A stretch of DNA of 63,978 nucleotides, counting the filler, from Octopus bimaculoides (Eukaryota), in assembly GCF_001194135.2 (NCBI RefSeq). It is 6 parts of 6 records of this genome, joined end to end, with 100 filler letters (N's around TTAATTAATTAA, not from the genome) between each part and the next. Parts side by side here need not be neighbours in the genome. Positions count along the whole stretch, not along the records: positions 32,144 to 47,072 come from NC_068986.1; positions 47,173 to 56,878 come from NC_068984.1; 4 more parts are not named here. The stretch is one strand, 5' to 3'. Below, in pieces: positions 40,147-53,105 of the stretch. The notes beneath the pieces were generated by a model that searched no databases, was not told where the DNA came from, and was given only the letters and a program-made list of their open reading frames with translations. The position numbers and the translations under genes were made by a program. How positions within the stretch are numbered: the first letter of the stretch is position 1; each line of letters begins with the position of its first letter.

Positions 40147-42459
40147 GTAACACATTCGTGAGTATAAAGTGGTGGCAGGTAGGTGATGAGAGAGCATTAG
40201 TTGGGTTATCTGGTTTGTCTGTTTGTAGTCAATCCAGTAATTGGACTAACTTATTCAACACGATACTGAAGGTTGATATTATCTAGCAGTTATGTATGTC
40301 AAAAAGTCAACCACATAAAACCGCTGAATGTTTTTAATGATAGAATTTTCCAGTTTCCAAAAATTAATACATACAGCCTATAGTAAGATATTCAATTATT
40401 CTTTCACTGTCGTCTAACTAGCTATTATTTTTACTTCACTAAGATATATTTTGGAAAATGAGTTTCAAAAGTTTCTAATATTTCTCAACTAATTTTATGT
40501 TATATTCTCCTCGGGTAGGATTTGAAAGGCGTAGTTTTGCGAAAGTCGCTTACCTTAAATATTGCGCTCAGTTTAATCTTATTATTGGTGAATCTTGTTT
40601 TTAGTGAGGTTAAATAATTCGAGTATTGTGAGTCGTGTTGTTTACCGTTTATATACTTGCCTCCCACACAGAATTGATTTTATTTAGTTTTTCTTGAAGT
40701 ATTATCTATTGTCAACTGGGTTCTTTTAATTGATTCGATACGTAAAGCGTGTAATCTGAACTTTAATTAACCATTCTAATCTGCAATTCTACGTTGGTGG
40801 CTTGTCTTTTGTAAGAATTAATTTTGCATTTAAATCCACATTTTCTAATGATAAGTGTATAGAAGCGTTTTATAGGTTTAGCGACAGTACATTGTCGTCC
40901 CACCTATTTGGGTTAGCAGCTAAATCTCTTTCGATCAACTCATTAAAAGAATAAAAATGCATTAAATGATGTAGTCCTCGATATAAAAAAAAAAAAGCTG
41001 AAAACAAAAGATGGGATTACACGGCTGAAATGTCTTTGGTTATAGATGTAACAAAAGGAGGGTGAATTTTTAAAAGTAGCTCAGGCTTGAATTTTTGCCA
41101 TAGTTAATATAGTAGGCTTCATTCATATCTCCGCTTCCATCTATAAAGACGTTGTTAACGTTGTTAAATTCATAAGCAACACGAATATACCTTTCATACA
41201 CTCTCTTAATCACTCCTATTTACAATATAGCTAAATTGTAACATTCGATGGAGCTTAGATTTTTAACTTCGTCTGCCAATGTTCCTCTGTTAACAAGTTC
41301 GTTACAATATCGCCGCAAATTTAAATATAAAAATCAAACGATCTCTCATTCAAACCACCTTCTCGATGAGAAGTAACAATTGTTTCTAATTTAGGAACAA
41401 GGCCAACCGTTTTAGGGGTAAGGAACTAGTTAATCAAATGTATTTCAGTACTTGACAGGTATTTTATTTTATCAACTCTGGATGAAAGGAAATAATTGAA
41501 TTCGGTAGGATTTTAACTTAGAATATAAAGAGCCAAGAAAAATACCGCAAGGCATTTCGCCTGAGACTCTAGTGATTCTGCTACACTATTACCCTCCGAT
41601 AAGAAGTAATAATATATATGGTCAATTTTCCTTTTATCTCAAAATGAACATTGTGAGTAGAAAAGTCACACGAGAATATTATGTACTATACGTATATTAG
41701 TTCAAATCACAAAGAGTATATTCAAATGAAATGAATCAAAGATATCACTTTTATGTTTGTTTTAAAGTATATCATAATCTGTTTAAGAAGGTAAATTGTC
41801 CGCTGAATGTGCTCATGCAGGGAAATTGAAATAATCAATTCCTGCTTCACAAAACTAATACTTAAGATAAATAAAACACAAGCAGGGGGATGGATTGGAA
41901 GAAAATACGTGCGTTCTGAGTTCGAATTCCACTTAGGTCTTTTTTAGATTTTGTTCTCAAGTTGTCGATAAAATAAGTACCGGTGTCGATATAACTGTCT
42001 GTGTTCCCCTGTACCAGCATGTGACGCCTCATGTTTCTATTAAAAATCAAGATATGTAAAATTCTATGTTGCTTTTGTTGGAGCCGCAGATTAACCATGA
42101 TTTAGCTGACTTGTGAATAAAGGTATATAGACTCTGTTTCTACGTCTTTGTTTGGGACATTATTTATTCAGCGGTATAGTAACCAGGATAAACGATTCCT
42201 TTTTATGAGAAGGCAAGGTGTGGTGAGAGGAATATTTGTCTGCTATTTTTCTTTGTGCTTACAACAGCTTCAATCATCTATGTTGGTATCGAACTCTCTG
42301 TAGATATTTTAATGCTTTAATGGTCATGTGTAATGCTCTGAATGAGATTATCGTCTATAGTAACCTTCGTTCTATATTTATACATATATTTCTTTTCTTC
42401 CCCACTTATTGCTTATGTAACCTTTTTTAATGGTGTAGTTTAGTAGAACTGACGGGGAA

Positions 42460-43700
42460 AATCACAGGATGGATTCGTTTTGGAATCGAAAATAATAATC
42501 GATGTTTAAGTTCACTTTTAGGATAACTTCTTTGTATACTATTCCAGTTTTTACTTCTATATCTAGGACAGGTACCGCTGGTTTCATTACATATAATGCT
42601 AACTTCTTTCTAGCTCCCCTGTATGCCCGAACCTTATATTTCTGATAATATCCAGAGAACTGCATACGGTGCATGAAGTTCTGCACATATTTTTTTTTGT
42701 TCCATAGGGTTTGCATAGAGTGGGTGGGGTGGGGGGGCACGTTGTTCATCGTCCTAAGTTTGCTATCAGCATGTTGATTTTTATGTGGTGTGACAAAGCT
42801 GAGTTCAGTATCAAAGACAGGGAGTCTATTATTAGGGTATCTAGTGGGGGTAATCTATAGTTACCTTGATACTTTGGTGGATGGAGTTAACTACATATTG
42901 GATGTTCTCCATTAAGCTCTTTCCGGTTTCTACATTACAATTACTAGAGTTTGTTCTAACTAGAATATTGATGTCATCTACATACCTACAGTAAAGTAAA
43001 ACAGTTGTAGATTGTTCCGTTAAGGATTGTTTTCTGTCATGAAAAGGCCGGCCACATCTCCAGCCACACCAACACCAATGGCTGTACCTTGAACCTGCAA
43101 GTATAGTTTCCTGTTAAACTTTACTATGTGGTTCTCCAAGGTGGTTCTTATGCTTGCCTCTATTGCATGTGCAATCATTCTTTCCACTTGACTGTTGTTC
43201 TCAGGGTTCTGGGTAAGTATGGTCCAGCCACTCCAGCGCTCTGCAGTGCTTTTCTTCACTGCTGACTGCCGAAGTGACGGTGGATGGTCTTCCCCTCTAT
43301 GACTTAGTGGGGTAGAATCTACTAAGGTCATAGTTGTCTTGATAGTTACAGTCATAGCTTAGTTTAAGGATGAGGCCCAGTTCCCTTGTGTTGACTTCAC
43401 GGAACTCTACTTCACACTCACAGATAATCTCAATGCATTTTGCCACAGCAAAATTGGTCTAAAGATAGGTAGAATGAAACTACATCTATAGTACCCGCTA
43501 CTCAAACTGTGAGGTCGTTCGAGTGGTTGCAACTACTGGTTCTACTGAGATCATCAGTGCTCACACAGAAATCTGAGGACATTTCAATGAGTGGCAGTAA
43601 CTCCTGTGAGGGTGGGTAGGACAGTCTATAATTGCTAGAGATATTCGGTCCGCAAATTGGTCGGGTTAGAGGCTCCATAACAGTGTTTAAGTAGGGTTTA
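42460..43700 (-). mobile_element. Penelope-like element reverse transcriptase, decayed
   Basis: The minus strand gives GTIDVVSFYLSLDQ, FNRKLYLQVQGTAIG, CRYVDDI (42987-42970) and FMHRMQFSGY, with frameshifts and stops. Confidence 0.8.
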
Positions 43701-44241
43701 TCGTCTTTACGTAACCCGTATTGCGTAGGAACATCCCATCTATCTATCTGTCTTCTGCCTGTCTGTCTCTCTATATGTATCTACATGTAACTGTATCTAT
43801 GTTCCTTTTTTTTCTGGTCAGGATGGTTAAATCATTCATTTATGTTGTTTACAAAATGTTCCCGCATGTTGTACAGTTAGCACACTAACAAAGAGGGAGA
43901 CGGTCTCAATTTCTATAAGTGATGTAAATATACATCGCAGTTTATATTCTATATTCTACAATAAGCATCGTTGTGTGTATGTGCGTGTATTTTGGAAATT
44001 AGTACCAGTTACATTATCAAAGCCTAAGAACACACTCACCTTATACTAATCGACACAATTTTCATGACAATATTCCTGTGACCTCTTTAATGACTTTTGA
44101 TTTTGAAGTGATTTATTTTTACTAACTGATGATTCTTCTGTGTTACACTGTTATATTACATCTCTTTGGCAGGTATATGAACTGAAGATATAACATACTT
44201 TATTGTTAGGGTATTTCTCTCTCTCTCTCACTCTCTCCCTA

Positions 44242-44283
<42 letters not shown>

Positions 44284-44409
44284 CACACACACACACACAC
44301 ATATATATACATAAGAGAGATGACCACTAAGTAGACATCCAATATGCTAGGCCACTGTTTTAAATTGATATTAATCAAACTAATATCAATTTTTTACCCT
44401 TATTTAAAT

Positions 44410-44443
<34 letters not shown>

Positions 44444-44701
44444 ATANNNNNNNNNNNNNNNNNNNNNNNNNNNNNNNNNNNNNNNNNNNNNNNNNNNNNN
44501 NNNNNNNNNNNNNNNNNNNNNNNNNNNNNNNNNNNNNNNNNNNNNNNNNNNNNNNNNNNNNNNNNNNNNNNNNNNNNNNNNNNNNNNNNNNNNNNNNNNN
44601 NNNNNNNNNNNNNNNNNNNNNNNNNNNNNNNNNNNNNNNNNNNNNNNNNNNNNNNNNNNNNNNNNNNNNNNNNNNNNNNNNNNNNNNNNNNNNNNNNNNN
44701 N

Positions 44702-44733
<32 letters not shown>

Positions 44734-46226
44734 TATATGTATGTATGTATGTATATATATTTGTGTGTGTGTTTGTACGTCTGTGTTTCTCCCTCTCTCC
44801 ATCGCTTGACTACCGATGCTGATGTGTTTACAACCCCATAACCTAGCGGTTCGGCAAAGTGACCGACAGAGCAAGTACTAGGCTAACAAAGAATAATTCA
44901 TGGGGTTGATTTGTTCGACTAAAAGCCGTGCTTCAAATGACTGAAACAAGTAAAAAAAAAGACAAGAATAAAAGAATATGTGCATATGAATATACATATG
45001 TGCGTCGACGTGTGAGAATATGTATATGTATATTTCAAGTTGTTATCGTAAGAACACTATTGTATGTTTGTGTGATAGTTTGCTCTAGTTGGTTTTAGTC
45101 TTATTGTATCCTTAGGCATGTATCAGTGTGATAATCGGCTGTGGTTAAAGGGACGTTGGGAATTTATTCCGTCTACTGAGCGTGTATGGTGTTGGTATCT
45201 GCGTTTTTGCATTCATACATCCCTGTAATCTGCCTTAATATTGAGAGTTAATGTTGCAGTTTTTGGATGTGTGCAAATATTTCTTTCCTCAGATATCACT
45301 CACACCACACATACACACGCACGCGCTCAAGAACAAACACGGAGTGGATTGTTGGTATTTCAGGTACTTCATTACAAACGTTTGAATAATCAACAATCAG
45401 TAATTAAATCCTTCACTGATCAGATGACATGCCGAAATAGGAAGTCCACATACATGACTACATACATGTCTGCACAAAGTTACGCGTATATGCCTACTAA
45501 AAGCGTGTGGCCACTTTTTTTTTTTTAACTAGTGGGATTTGATAGTCGTCCTTTTTGTTTCGTTTTACGATTTCGGATAGCAATTTCACCATTCAAGATT
45601 TCTATCACAGATCAATTTTTCTATGCATGAATGTCTCCCTTTTAAGGGCTGACTTGGTTGTAACTGGTAACTGAAGCAAACGGCACTTCCTTTTTCTGTT
45701 TTATTTTATTTGCTTATTTATTTTGGTGCTATCATAGTCGATATTGCGGTTGCTGGTGGTGATCTTATCCTCGTCTAGTTAATTCTTCAATGAATGTGTG
45801 TCTACGTTATCGTAGCAGACTACAGCAAATTTCAGCAAGAACGCTGACTCTCATTACCAAGACTGCAGCAGTGGTGTTACTACCAAAGGAAATGCTGGTC
45901 CAATTTATGTCTCTACCTTTTTGCCGCTTTGTTTCTAATGCTCTCTCACTCCGTTTCTTTTTGAATATATTTCTCTTCGGTAACATTATTATTCCTTCAC
46001 AAGCACCCATTTTTTTTAAAAAGGAAATTATAAATTGAACAAATACAAACCTTAAAACAGACGAATACACCGCGTGGAGGAATGAGGCAAAAAAAAAAGG
46101 GGGGTAAAAACTCACCAAACGGAAGCGGGTTAGTGCCTCTTATACAACTGACAAAAAGAATAAAAAACAAGAGCTGATATCGAGCGTGCTTTTCCAGTAA
46201 TAATAATAATAATAATAATAATAATG

Positions 46227-46257
<31 letters not shown>

Positions 46258-46616
46258 TGATGATGATGATAATAATAATAATTTGATTTATGCTCTTTCT
46301 GAACCTCTGTCTCTTCCATCCCATATTTAGGAGAACCAGCTAAAGTAACATGAAACGATTCATACTTGTTTGGCATACATTTCAAAGGATCATGCTCTTA
46401 TTTTTATATTCTGATTTTATTTCATTCGGTCCCTTATGCTTTTTTTAAAGCATTTTACTTTTTGTTTTTATTTCGTATAGTCACTGAACCCTTTTATGCG
46501 TTTATTTATAAAATTTATCGTTTTATTATGTTATTGTTTCTCTTTGTTACTTTTCTCTCTTTCTCTTTCTCACTCTCTCATGCTGTCTCTCCCTCATTGT
46601 CACTCTTTATCGCTGT

Positions 46617-46709
46617 CTCTCTCCCTCATCCTACCTCTCTCCCTCATCCTGCCTCTCTCCCTCATCCTGCCTCTCTCCCTCATCCTGCCTCTCTCTCTCA
46701 TCCTGCCTC
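46617..46709. repeat. 18-bp minisatellite (tctctccctcatcctgcc) x5
   Basis: Direct inspection. Confidence 0.85.
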
Positions 46710-47172
46710 TGTCCCCCTCTCTCTCAGTCTTTCTGGAACCTCTCCTCTCTTTCTAAATCTTCGAAATATTAGGAATATTTGAAATATTAGAAAATATTAA
46801 GAAAAAAATAATGTTGGATAACCATGCACAAGAAAGAATTAAGGTTGGATTAAAAAAAAATAGAGTGGACGAAGTGTGTGTAGATTGTTACCCTGTGCAT
46901 GTGTGTGTTGTAGGTATGTCTGTAAGCGTGTATGGAAGCGTTTACAAATATATGTCAGTGAATGAGAGGTGTGAAACACCGAGAGAACGAAAAGATAAAA
47001 TAGAGAATGAAAGAGGAGAAAGTGAGATCAGGGGAACAGAGAAAGAAAAAAGATTGGCGATCAAGAGAGAGANNNNNNNNNNNNNNNNNNNNNNNNNNNN
47101 NNNNNNNNNNNNNNNNTTAATTAATTAANNNNNNNNNNNNNNNNNNNNNNNNNNNNNNNNNNNNNNNNNNNN

Positions 47173-48220
47173 AATCGACTTCATCCGTTTGTCTGTCGTT
47201 GTTTGTCCCCTCAAATATTTAGCCCCTTGTGGGCATTAAAGAAATAAGAAACGTTAGCACGCCGGAAGAAATGCTTAATCGACTTAATCCGTTTGTCTGT
47301 TGTTGTTTGTCCCCTCAAATATTTAGCCCCTTGTGGGCATTAAAGAAATAAGAAACGTTAACACGCCGGAAGAAATGCTTAATCGACTTAATCCGTTTGT
47401 CTGTCGTTGTTTGTCCCCTCAAATATTTAGCCCCTTTTGGACATTAAAGAAATAAGAAACGTTAGCACGCCGGGAGAAATGCTTAATCGACTTAATCCGT
47501 TTGTCTGTCGTTGTTTGTCCCCTCAAATATTTAGCCCCTTGTGGGCATTAAAGAAATAAGAAACATTAGCACTTCAGGCGAAATGCCTAGCGGTAGTTCA
47601 TTTTCCGTTACGTTCTGAGTTCAAATTCCACCGAGGTCGACTTTGCCTTCCATCCTTTCAGGATGAATTAAATAGGTACCAGTTACCTACTGTGGTCGAA
47701 CTAATGGACTTCATCCATTTGTCTATCCCGGTTTCTCCCCTCTACGCTTAACCCCTCGTGGACAATAAACAAATAAATATTTAAAACAAAAATGTGGGTG
47801 AGCTAACAGAAACGCTAGCACGCCGGCCGAAATGCTTAGTCTGTCTTTATGTTCTGAGTTCAAATTTCGTCGAGGTCGACTTTCCCTTTCATCTCTTCGA
47901 GGTTCATAATTTAAATACTAGTTGAGTACTGGAGTCGATCTATGCGATTGCGCCTCCCCTCCCATAAAATCCGAGCCTTGTGACTAGAATAGACAAGATT
48001 ATTTAACACAAAAAACGCGCGAGTTGGCAGAAGCGTTAGCACGTCGGGCGAAATAGCGGCATTTCGTCTGCTACTACGTTCTCAGTTCCTTGGTCGACAT
48101 TGCCTTCTATCATTCTGGGGTCAAGAAATTAAGTACCAGTGGCCTACTGGCGTTGATCTAATCGACAGGCCCCCTTGCCAAAAATTTCGGGCCTTGTGCC
48201 TAAAAACGAAGAGAATATTT
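47173..48220 (+). repeat. 104-bp tandem repeat (4 units) derived from a SINE tail-head junction, followed by three tandem family-A SINEs
   Basis: Units start at 47173, 47277, 47381 and 47485 (aatcgact..atccgtttgtctg..gaaatgctt). Full SINE bodies follow at ~47570, ~47810 and ~48030. Confidence 0.85.
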
Positions 48221-48639
48221 AACAGAAAAGATAGCAGTCAGCCAATAAAACTGGAATAATTTTTTGCTTTTTGTTACGCTTATAAAGTAACGTAAACATA
48301 TTTCTTTCTGTGCATTTGTTACCCCAACTCCTCAGGAAAGCATGAATAATATTATTAGATACTAAAATAAAAATTATAAAACATGTTCATCGAGGAGAAA
48401 AATCACTGAGATTTGTGTTGTCAATCTTAGAAACGACCATAATCAATCAGATATAATTAAAAATTTGTCATGTAAAAAATTCTGATGGGTGTCACGTTTA
48501 TAAAGAAGCATAATTGGGAAAATATTAAATCTTTAGGTAGATTACAGTAGCCAGTCTCCGAGGTTATCCGCCAAAAATTCTTTAATCTTTTTAATCAACT
48601 GAATAAATTCACACACACACACAACCGCGCACACGCACT

Positions 48640-49470
48640 GACATACACACTCTCTCTTTGTCTCTATTTTCTCTCCCTTTCTCTCTCTCTTTCTCTCTCA
48701 CACACACATGCACACACACGTATGCACACACTCACTCATACATACACACACACTCTCTCTCCCTCACACACACTCTATCTCACACACACACACTCTCTCT
48801 CACACACACACACTCTCTCTCATACACACACACACTCTCTCTCTCTCACTATGTCTCTATTTTCTCTCTCTCACACACACATGCACACTCTCTCTTTGTC
48901 TCGATTTTCTCTCCCTTTCTCTCTCATTCTCTCTCACACACACACACACACACTTATGCACACACTCACTCACACATACACACACATTCTCTCTCCCTCA
49001 CACACACTCTCTCTCTCACACACACACACTCTCTCACACACACACACTCTCTCTCATACACACACACACTCTCTCTCTCTCTGTCTCTATTTTCTCTCTC
49101 TCTCACACACATACACACTCTCTCTTTGTCTCTATTTTCTCTCCCTTTCTCTCTCTCTTTCTCTCTCACACACACATGCACACACACGTATGCACACACT
49201 GACTCACACATACACACACACTCTCTTCCTCACGCACACTCTCTCCCTCACACACACTCTCTCTCTCACACACACACTCTCTCACACACACATTCTCTCT
49301 CACATACACATACACACACACACACACTCTCATACACACGTACTCTCTCTCTTTCTCTCTCTCATGCACACACTCTCTCTTTCTCTCTCTCTCACACACA
49401 CGCACTCTATATATTTCTCTGTTTCTCTCTCTGTCTCTGTCTGTCTCACACACACACACGCACACACACA
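48640..49470. repeat. Composite CA/CT minisatellite with a ~235-bp higher-order unit (about 3 copies)
   Basis: tctctctttgtctc.attttctctccctttctctctc recurs at ~48651, ~48890 and ~49120. Confidence 0.7.
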
Positions 49471-51498
49471 GAAACTGCGAAAAACACTCAAAATTGCAGG
49501 AAATGTTGACATCGCGAATGCATCGAAATTCCTTTCAGGGTTGAAGAGTATTACTGAAGAACTATTATGAAATCACTTTAATTTTTAATGTAAGCGACTG
49601 TTTATTTTTAGAAAACTTTGTTCTTTTAAAATATTTATTTTAAGGGGAAATGGACGCCAGCATATAAAGAAATTGGTGATTCCCAAGAAGCTTGAAATTT
49701 AAAACGAGCGTTTGTTTTCATTGGTATTCAAGGTGCAATGAAAGATGTCTCCAAATCTTGACTTTCTGTCTCACAGAAGAACAACAGAAATGTTTGTGTT
49801 TACCAGATTTTCTTTGCTGAATGGTTTCTGGAACATTTGTATCTTCCTGTCAGAGAATCATTTTGAGCCCAACATATTTCTCTTTATACCATACTCACGG
49901 TCACGTTTGAGATCCCGATAGATTACAAACGTGTTCTTGAAGCTGTTTACATTCCTGCAAACACAACTACGCAAGTATTGTCTGTGAAAAAACGAAGAAT
50001 TATTGTCTTCAAAGCATATTTTGTTAGAAGATAATTCAATCCAACAGTGGAACTGATGATATATTTCAGGCGTCCAAAACATTCTGGGAAATTTTCATCA
50101 TGTAAGGAATACAATATAAGACAAAAGATGTTTGGAGTTAAGCTAATCATACACGTCTTATTGATAACTGGAATTCCATGCTTCGAAACATACCAAAAAA
50201 AGGTCGTAAAATAGAAGCTGGAGGATTATCAAACGATCTTACGCATGCAGTGAAGGAATTGGGATTTAGAGACATGGTTAGTATTCGTACTATATGGCAT
50301 GGTCATAACAAGATCTTCTTCATATAAAGAAATTAAAACTTAAATAGAACTGCAAGTGCCTAGCAGAGATAACAAAAAGAAAACTCCTCCTGAACTGTGT
50401 TTAATGACAAATATGAAAACCTTAGAGAAATAATTAACGTTTTAGGACAACTTATAGAGGATGATCTAAATTTTGAACAAAGTGTAACATTTTAAATAAA
50501 TTTGTAACACTAGCGCTGATTTTCTTTTTACTGAGAAAGATTACATGTTTGTAAGCAGAAATGGAAGTACGCAAAATATTCTTCCCATATTTATTGGAAC
50601 CAGTAGTACCATAATTATTCTTTCATGTCACGGTTTCTCCATTTTATGATTGCTATGAACATAACTGGCTAAAAGAACATTTCTATAAAACATTTTATTG
50701 AATTACAAAATTTACTGTATATGGTGTATATAAAAAATCATACGCGACTATAGATGTATATATATGGTAAATATATAGTAATGTAAATGTTTAGTATTGC
50801 ATATCTATATATAGTATTGTATCGTGGCACTCCGTCGGTTACGACGACGAGGGTTCCAGTTAATGCAATCAACGGAACGGCGTGCTCGTGAAATTAACGT
50901 GCAAGTGGCTGAGCACTCCACAGACACGTGTACCCTTAACGTAGTACTCGGGGATATTCAGCGTGACACAGTGTGACAAGGCTGGCCCTTGGAAATACAG
51001 GTACAACAGAAACAAGAAGAAAGAGGGTGAGAAAGTTGAGGTGAAAGAGTACAGTAGGGTTTGTCACCATCCCCTACCGGAGCTTTATGTGTTTTCACTC
51101 AAAAATCACTCAACGTCAGGTCTGGGAATCAAAACCTGCGATCCTACGACCGCGAGNNNNNNNNNNNNNNNNNNNNNNNNNNNNNNNNNNNNNNNNNNNN
51201 NNNNNNNNNNNNNNNNNNNNNNNNNNNNNNNNNNNNNNNNNNNNNNNNNNNNNNNNNNNNNNNNNNNNNNNNNNNNNNNNNNNNNNNNNNNNNNNNNNNN
51301 NNNNNNNNNNNNNNNNNNNNNNNNNNNNNNNNNNNNNNNNNNNNNNNNNNNNNNNNNNNNNNNNNNNNNNNNNNNNNNNNNNNNNNNNNNNNNNNNNNNN
51401 NNNNNNNNNNNNNNNNNNNNNNNNNNNNNNNNNNNNNNNNNNNNNNNNNNNNNNNNNNNNNNNNNNNNNNNNNNNNNNNNNNNNNNNNNNNNNNNNNN

Positions 51499-51529
<31 letters not shown>

Positions 51530-53058
51530 TATTGTAATTAATATAGGGTTTCATATATACAGTTTTGTACGACTATTAGTTTTCAAGTAGATCTATATTT
51601 CTTTTTGAAAATCAAATAGAATTAAACTACATTAAATCTACACTTTAACTTCTTCTGATGATGAAGCTCTTGATATGGAAATTAAGAATTAGGTCACTCG
51701 TAGACACACACACGCATGCATGCATATATATGTATACACACACACACACTCACATATATACGCACTGGGTGTGTGGCAAAACGTTAGCTTCACAACCACA
51801 TAGATCCGGGTTCAGTGGGTCTCTGTACGTGGAGTGAATGCCTTATACTGTAGCCTGGGGCCAACCAAAGCCTTATGAATATACCTGGTAAAGGGAAACT
51901 GAGAGAAACCAGTCGTATATTTATATATAGAGAGATATACAACACACACACGCACATATATATATATATATATATAATATGTACGTATATATATATATAT
52001 ATGTGTATGTTAATCAAAATTGCAGACGTTCTAGGCACTTGTTCATGGGATCCATTTTTCTGACGATGTAGTCTTTGTTCTCACCAACGAAGCCATGTAG
52101 GCTCTAAGTTTCTTCTCTTGAACATGCACAACTTCTGGAATTAGCATCGTACCGAAGAAGACAAATGTAATTTTTTCTTAGCCTTTATGCCAATTAGTAC
52201 AATGTTGGACATAATATATTTGCCCATGGTACAAGATAAGATGTAGTGGACACATTCGTCAACATTAGCAGACGGACCACCTGATTTTGAAATAAATCTG
52301 AGGGTCGAAAAAGCCGAGCCATCACCACGGTCTGCGTTTATCAATATTGTGGCTTAACTGTCCGTTTATACTGAGTATTGGACTACCTATCGTTGTTACC
52401 TCAATACTTGCTTTAGAATGATCTTAATCATTGTACTTATGTCTTTAACCTAAAGCAACATTGTTTCTCAGCAAGCCAACTCGTCCAGTATTGAAATGCT
52501 CTGCATATGCAATCATTTTCGTTGTGCTGAACACTTTAATAGTATGCAGGATGACAAATTATATAAGTAAGCAGTTATTTAGGGGAAGTTGCCACATGGC
52601 AAACGTTCAGGTCATAAAACTAGGAAACGTTTTTGGGATGTCGCGGAAAGCAACCTTAATACTTTTTATAATAGATGCAGAAAACTTGGGGCAGATGACG
52701 AAAAGTCGATAGATTTGCAAAGAAGTGATCTGCGATGGTTGTAAAATATTGGAATCATAGAGAATGGAACATTCCATATTGAAACGAGGTTTTCGTAAGG
52801 AGGATTTCTTTTAAGTTCTAGGCGCATTTCTGCGTAAAAATGCGGTTGGATCTGAAAATGCATACATATAGCAAAACATACAAATCTACACATATACATA
52901 CATACATACATGCATACAAATATGCATACGTATACATACATGTGTATTTGTACATGTTTATATATAAGTATGTGTTTGTGTGCATGAATATGTGTATACA
53001 CGCACACAAATACACACACACGCACACACACCACTCCAATATACAAGTATATAGATAG

Positions 53059-53105
<47 letters not shown>

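Noticed and set aside
49899-49935. VIYRDLK resembling a kinase catalytic loop
   Set aside because: It lacks the following xxN and any other kinase subdomain, so it is probably chance.
52040-52800. Weak RT-like words (IAYAEH, W*WLGFF) on the minus strand
   Set aside because: Too degenerate to call without a database search.
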